Both the position numbers and the translations under genes were made by a program. Positions 15,724 to 22,811 of a stretch of 36,052 nt of DNA are shown here, in pieces. How positions within the stretch are numbered: the first letter of the stretch is position 1; every line of letters starts with the position of its first letter. Source of the DNA: a virus; IMG/VR virus record IMGVR_UViG_3300014808_000002; one strand, written 5' to 3'. The notes below the pieces were generated by a model. The model ran no database searches, had not been told where the DNA came from, and saw nothing but the letters and a program-made list of their open reading frames with translations.

Positions 15724-16515
15724 TTAAATGATGAATTTACCAGTCAGGAAACCGTTTATGAAGTAGGATTGGCCTTTCCCGGTAACTTTGGTTGTTATAG
15801 TAGTACGCAACACTCCATCATTGCCGGATCGTGTGCCTTTCTTTAATTCAAACAGACCTTGTTCAACATATTGCTGATTAGGTATATTTCTACGTTCACC
15901 AACACTTCCTAAATAATGATTATTGCGAAGCCACTCAAACAGTCTGTTCTGCCCAACATGGAATCCATTTTGAGATATTATCTTAGCCAGTTCGCCTATA
16001 AGACATGAAGAACGACTTCCTATTACAGCATCAGCAAACAGGACTTTCGGAGCTTGTTCTTCCACCTTCTTTTCTGCTTCAATCCGTTTCTGTTTTTCTT
16101 CTTTCAGAGTAGTAGCAAGTTGAATCAGAAAGTCGGGAGATGTAAGAGCCTTTTCTATAGTATCGGATGTCATATACGCACCGTACTTACGAATGGAGGG
16201 CAATATTTCATGTGTAACCCATCTTCTATACGGTTTTACTTTCTTGCTAGAACTAAAAAGAAGAACGTCATAGAAAGCTGATTCTGTTATAAACGTAGCA
16301 AATGAGTTCCCGTTCACGTATAAATCAGGATTTAGGGCGTGTAAATCAAGCAGTTGCAAATCTTCATCGTTTAATCTTGTTTTTACTGATGAAGGATTAC
16401 TCAACTCAACTGCATTGCAAACATCAGCTAAGCAGAAAAGCGGTTCTTCACTTGTTCCAGCTACTCGTACTTCGCCAAATACATCATTCTTAAATATTTT
16501 AATCGAATTATCCAT
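15724..16515 (-). CDS. BRO-N / KilAC (ANT) antirepressor-like protein 1
   Basis: The N-terminus FKNDVFGEVRVAGTSEEPLFCLADVCNAVEL is a BRO-N signature. The C-terminus APKVLFADAVIGS...GELAKII...NRLFEWLR is a KilAC/ANT signature. Confidence 0.8.
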   Translation of the reverse strand: MDNSIKIFKNDVFGEVRVAGTSEEPLFCLADVCNAVELSNPSSVKTRLNDEDLQLLDLHALNPDLYVNGNSFATFITESAFYDVLLFSSSKKVKPYRRWVTHEILPSIRKYGAYMTSDTIEKALTSPDFLIQLATTLKEEKQKRIEAEKKVEEQAPKVLFADAVIGSRSSCLIGELAKIISQNGFHVGQNRLFEWLRNNHYLGSVGERRNIPNQQYVEQGLFELKKGTRSGNDGVLRTTITTKVTGKGQSYFINGFLTGKFII

Positions 16516-16890
16516 ATAATAATATTAAAGTTTGCTCTTGTTATTCGTTATAGTTTATACCGTACCCTATCCCTCACCTACCTAATATTTAATTAGGAAG
16601 CTGGGTTAACATTCAGACTACATAATATATAACTGAATGTTTGTGCTGATTATACAGTTCCGCCCTCACCTGCCTAAGAGTCTTATCTCTTAACTTGTAT
16701 CTCGGTCTCTTGTCAAAGTGGTAAAATCTTTGTGAGTCGCCTGTCGTTGGTACGTGGAACGGAGCAGGACATTACAAGAGTTATAATCAACAGAAGAGCC
16801 TTTTTATCTCACGGCTGTCATTGGTTTTTGCCAAAGTTCCGCTCGGTGGGCACTGATAGAACCGATTGTGGATTTAATCTAACTTATAGG

Positions 16891-16931
16891 AAAGAAAAAA
16901 TCCGTTGCTAAAGTAGAGCGGCAACGGATTT
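16891..16931 (-). terminator. Leader terminator hairpin (attenuator) in the 5' leader of antirepressor 1
   Basis: Minus strand reads AAAUCCGUUGC-(12 nt)-GCAACGGAUUU followed by UUUUCUUUCC, about 380 nt upstream of the ATG at 16515. Confidence 0.6.
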
Positions 16932-16980
16932 CCAAATATAAAGAAGGCTCACGTTTGAGCGATTGTTTAATCATGTGTCT

Positions 16981-17000
16981 GTTGCCGCTCTACTTGCAAC
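16981..17000 (-). promoter_or_regulatory. Candidate anti-terminator segment
   Basis: Minus strand AAGUAGAGCGGCAAC (16995..16981) is perfectly complementary over 15 nt to GUUGCCGCUCUACUU (16925..16911). That stretch is the 5' arm plus loop of the terminator. Confidence 0.45.
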
Positions 17001-17144
17001 GGGTACAAAGGAATATGATTAACAAGAGATATCCAAAAGTGTTAACAATCGTGCGATATTCCGTTTAAGGCGGTTATAATCCGTTTTGGGTTGTTATGGT
17101 TGGTTATTGGGATTATCATATTTAAATTATTTAATAATATTAAA

Positions 17145-17190
17145 AACAAATAAACAAAAGCACTCTACTTATCGCAAGCAAAGTGCCTTT
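17145..17190 (-). terminator. Terminator after the 76-aa gene
   Basis: Minus strand reads AAAGGCACU-(17 nt)-AGUGCUUUU (9 bp, one G.U) followed by GUUUAUUUGUUUUU. Confidence 0.5.
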
Positions 17191-17225
17191 CTAATATGGG
17201 CGTTGGTCGTAACCCCAACGTGTTC

Positions 17226-17456
17226 TTATGCTAATTGTGGCAATATATTCACTTTAATCAACGCATCACGAAGAACAGATATAGTTGATAAATCATTCTT
17301 GAATACTTCGATGTTGTCCTCGGTAACAAGAGATGCGTAGTTGAGTATCAGTTGAGCAAGATCATCAGCAAGCTGCCTAGGTGATTCCATCTCATTGAAA
17401 AGTTCTTGAATACTGGACAAATCGTATTCTTTCTTGTTGCTTTTATTTAATTCCAT
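17226..17456 (-). CDS. Hypothetical protein
   Basis: 76-aa track ORF. Its last codons lie inside the 38-nt repeat R1. Confidence 0.6.
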   Translation of the reverse strand: MELNKSNKKEYDLSSIQELFNEMESPRQLADDLAQLILNYASLVTEDNIEVFKNDLSTISVLRDALIKVNILPQLA

Positions 17457-17578
17457 ATTTTTTGTGTATTTTAAAAATTTACAATCTATTAATTAACAAT
17501 GTTGCAAAATTGAACATGAAAGATGCACCCACCTCATAAGAAAAGTGGGGAAATGAATTTATGTGGCAAAAAACAAGG

Positions 17579-18433
17579 TTACGCGGCTGGATTCAGCTCA
17601 CCTTTTATCTGCTTGATGGCTTTCTTCACATTCCAATCATTTTCATATAGAGCAATAATGAAACGCACACCTTTGGTAGTCCATACTGTATATACACTTG
17701 TTCCTGTCGAACCGTCCGAGCGTGTGTACGTCTGTGTACGGGTTGAGTGCATCCCCCATGTCGAATAAGGCGCATGTAATATCCACTGCCCGCTTTGTCG
17801 GTAAATGATTCCGATTTCTTTCAGCTTCTTGTGCAGCTTTTCAGCATCCATTCCTATCTGCTTGGCGGCTTGTGTACTCGTCTGTGTGTTCACACTCTGC
17901 AAGTGGTTGTCATAGTAGCTGACTTTGGGAGCGGATTTCTTGATTTCCTCTGTCTGAATCTCGATGGTGGCTTGCTGTTGTTCGGCTTGGGCTTCAAGTT
18001 GCTTTAACCGTTCCTCTCTCTTGGCAAGGGTGGCTTGTGCGATAGTTAGAGCACGTGCCATGATTTCTTCGGGGGTGTCGTCAGATTTAGTTGCGATATA
18101 GCCGCCAGTCTTGCGGATGGTCTTTAAAATCTCCTTTACGCCTTTCTTAAATTCTTTTGCAATTGGTTTGCGGGATTGCATTAAGACTTCGTATAAGCCA
18201 TCTTCGGTTAAGAACCAAACTTGCTGATTTCCACCGGGGGTCGGAAGATTGTTCCGAACCTTTTCATCGTCATCAACAAGGTTTACTAATTTGTTTACGC
18301 TACTTTGGTCATACTCGATACACTCTGCCACTTCTTTGGCAAGGAACAACGGATTTTCGGCAGTTCCGTAAACCGTGAATTTGTGCCCAAGCAACTCAGT
18401 TTTACTTAGGACTTGAATAGGTTGATTTGACAT
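17579..18433 (-). CDS. BRO-N / KilAC (ANT) antirepressor-like protein 2
   Basis: LLGHKFTVYGTAENPLFLAKEVAECIEY is a BRO-N signature. APKVSYYDNHLQS...AAKQIGMDAEKLHKKLKEIGIIY is a KilAC signature. The start is set at MSNQPIQ (18433) because 18447..18523 forms a leader hairpin. Confidence 0.8.
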   Translation of the reverse strand: MSNQPIQVLSKTELLGHKFTVYGTAENPLFLAKEVAECIEYDQSSVNKLVNLVDDDEKVRNNLPTPGGNQQVWFLTEDGLYEVLMQSRKPIAKEFKKGVKEILKTIRKTGGYIATKSDDTPEEIMARALTIAQATLAKREERLKQLEAQAEQQQATIEIQTEEIKKSAPKVSYYDNHLQSVNTQTSTQAAKQIGMDAEKLHKKLKEIGIIYRQSGQWILHAPYSTWGMHSTRTQTYTRSDGSTGTSVYTVWTTKGVRFIIALYENDWNVKKAIKQIKGELNPAA

Positions 18434-18523
18434 AAAATAAAAAAAATGCACCTACTACGAGCTGTCAAATCAACCATAGGGTTTATTTTGGAGGCGTTTC
18501 CGTATCTCCACTCGGTAGGTGCA
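18434..18523 (-). terminator. Long terminator-like stem-loop abutting the start codon of antirepressor 2
   Basis: Minus strand reads UGCACCUACCGAG-(49 nt)-CUCGUAGUAGGUGCA (13 bp, 2-nt bulge) followed by UUUUUUUUAUUUU and then AUG. Confidence 0.5.
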
Positions 18524-18671
18524 ATTCTTATATTATGATACTACTTGATATGTCTTGGCAAAAAAATAACTCCAATGATGAAGTCATAGGAGTTTGCCTC
18601 CCCTATAATTGATTTGACATTGCAAAGGAAAGCATTTATTTTGGAACTGCAAAACTTTGCAGCGTATTTTT

Positions 18672-18704
18672 TTCAAAAAAACCACGATAGTGTTTACCGT
18701 GGCT
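18672..18704 (-). terminator. Terminator after the lipoprotein gene
   Basis: Minus strand reads GCCACGG-(9 nt)-UCGUGGU followed by UUUUUUU. Confidence 0.5.
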
Positions 18705-18726
18705 TTATACTATAAATATGCTTTAA

Positions 18727-19131
18727 TTATTCCTTCTTAACCTTGACACGCAACGTTTCATTACTGCCATCCATCATCATTATAATAGTGGCGACATCAC
18801 CATCTATAGATACAATTTCATAGCGGAGATATTCCTCACCACCCACATAGGTGTAAATGGTATTTCCTGTAGCTTTATATGTACCTTTGCCATTCCCGAA
18901 ATAACCGCTACCACTATATGTTCCATTTGGATTGAATGTAGCAGAGAAACGATATTTTGAATAATACCAGTTTGTCAGGTCTATTTTCCCTTCCTTTAAG
19001 TCGATCTCAATACCTTCCCATGTTCCATACAACGTTTCCATTGGATAGTTGAACACATCTTCATCATCATCCGAACAAGCGGTAAACACCAACATAGGCA
19101 ACATTGCCAGTAAAAACAAAATTTTCTTCAT
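18727..19131 (-). CDS. Lipoprotein (lipocalin-like)
   Basis: MKKILFLLAMLPMLVFTACSDDDED carries a lipobox. YGTWEG and a beta-rich body resemble Bacteroidales lipocalin-like lipoproteins. Confidence 0.7.
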   Translation of the reverse strand: MKKILFLLAMLPMLVFTACSDDDEDVFNYPMETLYGTWEGIEIDLKEGKIDLTNWYYSKYRFSATFNPNGTYSGSGYFGNGKGTYKATGNTIYTYVGGEEYLRYEIVSIDGDVATIIMMMDGSNETLRVKVKKE

Positions 19132-19159
19132 GATTATATAACTTTTTATTAAAACGCTG

Positions 19160-19167
19160 CAAAATTA
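19160..19167 (-). promoter_or_regulatory. Bacteroidota-type -7 box (TAATTTTG)
   Basis: It matches TAnnTTTG and lies about 29 nt upstream of the ATG at 19131. Confidence 0.4.
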
Positions 19168-19226
19168 ATAAACTAATATATAATAATTAAGTTTCGTGTC
19201 AAGAAAAAGAATATGCTATATAACAC

Positions 19227-19257
19227 AAAAATCCCCACCAAAATAATTCGGTGGGGA
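19227..19257 (-). terminator. Intrinsic terminator after the TA pair
   Basis: Minus strand reads UCCCCACC-(10 nt)-GGUGGGGA followed by UUUUU. Confidence 0.65.
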
Positions 19258-19262
19258 AATTC

Positions 19263-19724
19263 TTATTTGATAACGCCAAATTCTTTTAGCATTTTTCTAC
19301 TTATAGTAGGACTTTCTTTTACAGTCTCAATAATCTGCTTCATCAATTCGCTTTTGTTATTGATATTTCCTCTATAAGTATTCCTGTTGAATTTATCCCT
19401 TTTAGCTCTTATAAGATTGGTACAGTTGACAAATGAATCGTATAACAGGAATGGACACTGTTTTACCGTTATGGGCAAATAATAATCAGTCAGAATATCA
19501 GGGAGATTACGGTTTATTTTAGAATTTATTACCAAACCTCCTATTATGTCTCCGTTTTCATCAAAGCCAAGCACTACGAAAAATTTATCACGTGTATTGT
19601 CTCCGTTTTTTGGGGTTATGCCATTACTACCGTCAAGTGTAAGCATATAAACATCCCCAACTTTTATATTGTTTTGTATGAGCTTGTCCCCCAAGTCACC
19701 AAGAAGATCTCCTATGCTTGTCAT
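19263..19724 (-). CDS. Candidate toxin of the Panacea pair (MazF/PemK-like pattern)
   Basis: GDVYMLTLDGSNG...RDKFFVVLG...LPITV...SFVNCTNLIRAKRDKF...GNINNKSELMKQIIETV parallels the MazF GDiy.v...G.E..g.RP.vVl...P.T...S.v.c.qi motif order. It overlaps the antitoxin gene by 4 nt. Confidence 0.55.
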   Translation of the reverse strand: MTSIGDLLGDLGDKLIQNNIKVGDVYMLTLDGSNGITPKNGDNTRDKFFVVLGFDENGDIIGGLVINSKINRNLPDILTDYYLPITVKQCPFLLYDSFVNCTNLIRAKRDKFNRNTYRGNINNKSELMKQIIETVKESPTISRKMLKEFGVIK

Positions 19725-20269
19725 AATAATGCGGATTCTATGGAGAGATTTTCTTTAATATAATCCAACATATCGTTGGTAGCCATTCCGTCTTTTGCCA
19801 TACCTAAAACGTCCATTACTTTTTTCCCTGAATTGCTATAAGCTCTGTTCCATTCTTCTCCATGTGATTTTTCTCTTAACTCCCCATATGGCAAATAGGC
19901 GTTTTTTTCTATTGACCTGTCGATTTCCTCAATATCGGCTTTTGACAGGTAATCCAAATCAGCCTCCCTTTTTGCAGTCAGCATATAATACGCATCACAG
20001 TCTCCCTTTGATACGCTTCCGTCTATCATGGCCTTAAGTTCTTTGTCGCAATAACAATCGTTCTTGATGCAGTTATATAGAATAGAAGGAACCGGACCGT
20101 CAGGCAAAGCACAAAATTCATCAGTAGTCATGCGGAAGCCATACTTTGCCAGATATGAAATATTTGCAAAATATATCACTTTGAATACGTGATAATAATC
20201 CAATCCTTTTGTCTTGTTTAGAATATACAAAACAATTTCGGTCAGCTTTTGTTTGTCAAATTTTGTCAT
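19721..20269 (-). CDS. Panacea (DUF4065, SocA-like) antitoxin domain protein
   Basis: KLTEIVLYILNK...VFKVIYFANISYLAKYGFRMTTDEFCALPDGPVPSILY matches the DUF4065 core. The start is set at MTKFDKQ. Confidence 0.75.
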   Translation of the reverse strand: MTKFDKQKLTEIVLYILNKTKGLDYYHVFKVIYFANISYLAKYGFRMTTDEFCALPDGPVPSILYNCIKNDCYCDKELKAMIDGSVSKGDCDAYYMLTAKREADLDYLSKADIEEIDRSIEKNAYLPYGELREKSHGEEWNRAYSNSGKKVMDVLGMAKDGMATNDMLDYIKENLSIESALL

Positions 20270-20343
20270 ATTATTCTTAATTATTTGGGACAAAAATAGC
20301 ATAACTTTTTGATATATCGTTCACAAATCAGTAATTCGTTTCA

Positions 20344-20369
20344 CAAAGTATGTTTTAAAGCATACTTTG
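20344..20369. promoter_or_regulatory. 26-bp palindrome upstream of the TA operon
   Basis: CAAAGTATG-ttttaaag-CATACTTTG spans the recombinase stop codon. Two TTTGTGAA direct repeats follow it toward the TA start. Confidence 0.4.
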
Positions 20370-21119
20370 GATATATTCAGTGCGTCTATTAATCTTAGTC
20401 CGTAGGGCAGTTAGGCGATTCCGGGTAAATTCTAAGCCACTGTGTGTACGGATGCCCCTTGCATTCAACCGTTCTACTACCTTGTCAATGTCTTGCGGAG
20501 TATTGCAGCCTTCCAACATGGCGGCTATCATATTATTCTTTTCATCGTTCATCGCTTCCTTTCTTCTCTTTTCCCCGTTCGCTTTACCGCCTTTTGCCTG
20601 TCCGGTGGTTGTTCCGCCCAAAGAGGTGCACCAGTTGCCGGACTTAGAATAAAATCCGCCTTCTTCCGCTATCTTTTTCTTTCTTGCTTCCAATGCAGCT
20701 TTAGTACGGTTCTTTATATTAAGCCGTTCTATCTTAGCAAAAGTTGCCATCATGGATAATTGCAGCTCTATAAGCGGATTCATGTCCGAGCAATCAATAT
20801 CAAGATTTACATTTGATATGATTAACCGCAAACCCTTTGGGGCGAAAAATTCGGCTATCATATCGCTAAGTTCGATAATTCCACCTCTTGTAAGGCGTGA
20901 AACTTCCGACACTATAATAGTATCTCCTTTATTCGTCTTTGATAACAATTCGGATAGGTTTCTTTTTTTGTATGAAACGCTTCCGCTTATCCCTTCATCG
21001 GAAATAATCTCATCAATTTGCAGCCCTTTTGATTCGGCATACTTTGCTATTATATTTCTCTGGCTTTGCGCGTCTTGTTCGTCCGTTGAAAAGCGGTGAT
21101 AAGCATATATCTTTCCCAT
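20355..21119 (-). CDS. Small serine recombinase (resolvase/invertase family)
   Basis: The N-terminus KIYAYHRFSTDEQD carries the catalytic Ser motif. Also present are DTIIVSEVSRLTRG and a C-terminal HTH-like region. Confidence 0.9.
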   Translation of the reverse strand: MGKIYAYHRFSTDEQDAQSQRNIIAKYAESKGLQIDEIISDEGISGSVSYKKRNLSELLSKTNKGDTIIVSEVSRLTRGGIIELSDMIAEFFAPKGLRLIISNVNLDIDCSDMNPLIELQLSMMATFAKIERLNIKNRTKAALEARKKKIAEEGGFYSKSGNWCTSLGGTTTGQAKGGKANGEKRRKEAMNDEKNNMIAAMLEGCNTPQDIDKVVERLNARGIRTHSGLEFTRNRLTALRTKINRRTEYIQSML

Positions 21120-21132
21120 AAATTAGCCCTCC

Positions 21133-21393
21133 TTAGATTAAATTCGCTATTATATTATTCGTTTCGTTGTTCTTGGCTTCTGTAAGCCCTAATTCGGATA
21201 TATTTTGAAGCGCAATTTCGCATTGTTGGCTAATGTATGAGATTTCATCGGCATCAATATCACGGCTATCGTATATAAACGCTTTCACCAGCTTGATGGC
21301 AAGACCTTGACACACATCCCCGGCAACTTTTTCGGCTGCTATAATGTTAGAGCAAATAATTTGCTTAATACTTAGTTGTTTGTTCGTTCCCAT
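21133..21393 (-). CDS. Hypothetical protein
   Basis: 86-aa track ORF. Confidence 0.6.
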   Translation of the reverse strand: MGTNKQLSIKQIICSNIIAAEKVAGDVCQGLAIKLVKAFIYDSRDIDADEISYISQQCEIALQNISELGLTEAKNNETNNIIANLI

Positions 21394-21480
21394 ATTCTTT
21401 TGTTTTTAAGTTAGTAATTTGCTCCGCCCGTGGAACTTGCACCACTTGCAAGGCGTTGAACCTTTGGCGGATAATTCGGC
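21394..21480 (-). promoter_or_regulatory. Intergenic element E1: GC-rich nested hairpin plus conserved UAACUUAAAAAC leader
   Basis: Stems are 21423..21428/21466..21471 and 21436..21440/21448..21452. On the minus strand, actaacttaaaaacaaaagaat then precedes the ATG. Confidence 0.4.
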
Positions 21481-21704
21481 TTAAAAACCGTTGTTTCCAG
21501 TCAGCTCCTTACCTACTCCAACAGCTAACCAAATCATAATGCAAATCATGAACATGTTATTTCCTCCTTTATTTAAATGTTCGTTTTTAATATCCTTTTT
21601 CCACAATCCCGGCAGCCGTATTACTGCCGGGGTGTCATAAGATGATATGTTGGCAAAAAAACCCAACGTGCGTCTATGCTAACATGTGGCAATATATCCT
21701 TAAT

Positions 21705-21905
21705 TTATCCGGTTATTAATTCGCCGTTTTGACCTATCCAAAGCATTGCGTCTTGTCCGTTCCAGGAAAAATCAAATGCTTTATTTACTGGGTTGTATAT
21801 ACCTTCTAAAACAGTCCCTTCTTTTAAACCTCGTATTTCAGCCAGGCACCAATATCCAAAATCGGTCGTAACTTTAACTATTGCTTTAGCTTTTATTGTT
21901 TGCAT
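21705..21905 (-). CDS. Hypothetical small protein
   Basis: 66-aa track ORF, beta-rich. Confidence 0.55.
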   Translation of the reverse strand: MQTIKAKAIVKVTTDFGYWCLAEIRGLKEGTVLEGIYNPVNKAFDFSWNGQDAMLWIGQNGELITG

Positions 21906-21918
21906 GATTATTTTTAAA

Positions 21919-22143
21919 TTAAATGATACTTACAAGTTTTTCAAATGAATACACCCCACGAAGTTTGCCTAATTCTTCTTTATGCCGTAATGTAACACGC
22001 CACGGGTGAACTATTTCATTATTTATATTCATTTCTGGATAACTTTCTTTATCCCCTTTGAACTCCATCAGTTTAACGCAATAGTTGTTGAATAGTATTT
22101 GCGCCTGTCTGTCAGTAGCTAACAACTTGAATGTACTTTCCAT
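21919..22143 (-). CDS. Hypothetical small protein
   Basis: 74-aa track ORF. Confidence 0.55.
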   Translation of the reverse strand: MESTFKLLATDRQAQILFNNYCVKLMEFKGDKESYPEMNINNEIVHPWRVTLRHKEELGKLRGVYSFEKLVSII

Positions 22144-22222
22144 GTCTTTTTATTTTTAAGTTAATAAATAGTTCCCGGCGGCGGTGTCTCTCCGCTTGTT
22201 GCCATCCACGCCGGAATAGTGG
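22144..22222 (-). promoter_or_regulatory. Intergenic element E2 (homologous to E3)
   Basis: The outer stem is 22172..22180/22209..22216 and the inner stem is GCGG-N7-CCGC. On the minus strand, attaacttaaaaataaaaagac then precedes the ATG. Confidence 0.5.
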
Positions 22223-22444
22223 TTATCTAAACACATGATCAATGAATACCGTATTTGTTTGCCATTGCCCTCTAGATTTAAAAACAAAATATCCGCGTAT
22301 GATTGCCGTTTCTTTCATTTCGTTTGCAAAATCATAAGCCGCCTGTTGGTTTTTGCCAAACTCCTTATTTATTGATCCGCTGTTATTGCTCACCCTATAA
22401 CGTAGCTTTGCAGGAGCTTTTGCCTTATTTGTAATAATATTCAT
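22223..22444 (-). CDS. Hypothetical small protein
   Basis: 73-aa track ORF. Confidence 0.55.
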   Translation of the reverse strand: MNIITNKAKAPAKLRYRVSNNSGSINKEFGKNQQAAYDFANEMKETAIIRGYFVFKSRGQWQTNTVFIDHVFR

Positions 22445-22524
22445 ATTTTTTCGTTTTTAAGTTAGTTTGTTCCCGGTGGCGGTGTCAATCCGCCTATCCA
22501 CACAGTGCCGGGATGATGCAGTTA
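22445..22524 (-). promoter_or_regulatory. Intergenic element E3
   Basis: The outer stem is CCCGG/CCGGG (22472..22476/22508..22512) and the inner stem is GGCGG-N7-CCGCC. On the minus strand, actaacttaaaaacgaaaaaat then precedes the ATG. Confidence 0.5.
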
Positions 22525-22713
22525 TTAAGCCTTGAAAACCTTGTATAATTGCCACTTGTTACCCGTGAAAATTAGTACGGTTAAACTCTTGCCTTTATTC
22601 TTTGCCCAAATTGGTACTACTTTCTCAACTTCTGAAATTGTGGCATCTATTACGGTTGATTCTATTTGAAAAGTGTGTTTTGCTTCCATATCCTTAAAAT
22701 TTATCTGATTCAT
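22525..22713 (-). CDS. Hypothetical small protein
   Basis: Track ORF with the start moved to the ATG at 22713, because the track used the GTG at 22716. Confidence 0.55.
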   Translation of the reverse strand: MNQINFKDMEAKHTFQIESTVIDATISEVEKVVPIWAKNKGKSLTVLIFTGNKWQLYKVFKA

Positions 22714-22811
22714 CACTTTTGTTTATAAATTCGCGTAGCTTATCCCTGTCGGTGCCGGAAATGAATATCACAGCACCGAATAACAAAACCAACAAAACCA
22801 TATTCAGCTAA

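Noticed and set aside
20355-21119. The serine recombinase as an invertase of a nearby invertible promoter, or as the integrase
   Set aside because: I found no inverted repeat pair flanking a promoter-sized segment next to it. I also found no Mpi-type ARACGTWCGT sites. At 254 aa it is resolvase-sized, not a large serine integrase. The direct repeats R1/R2 are reported instead as a hypothesis.
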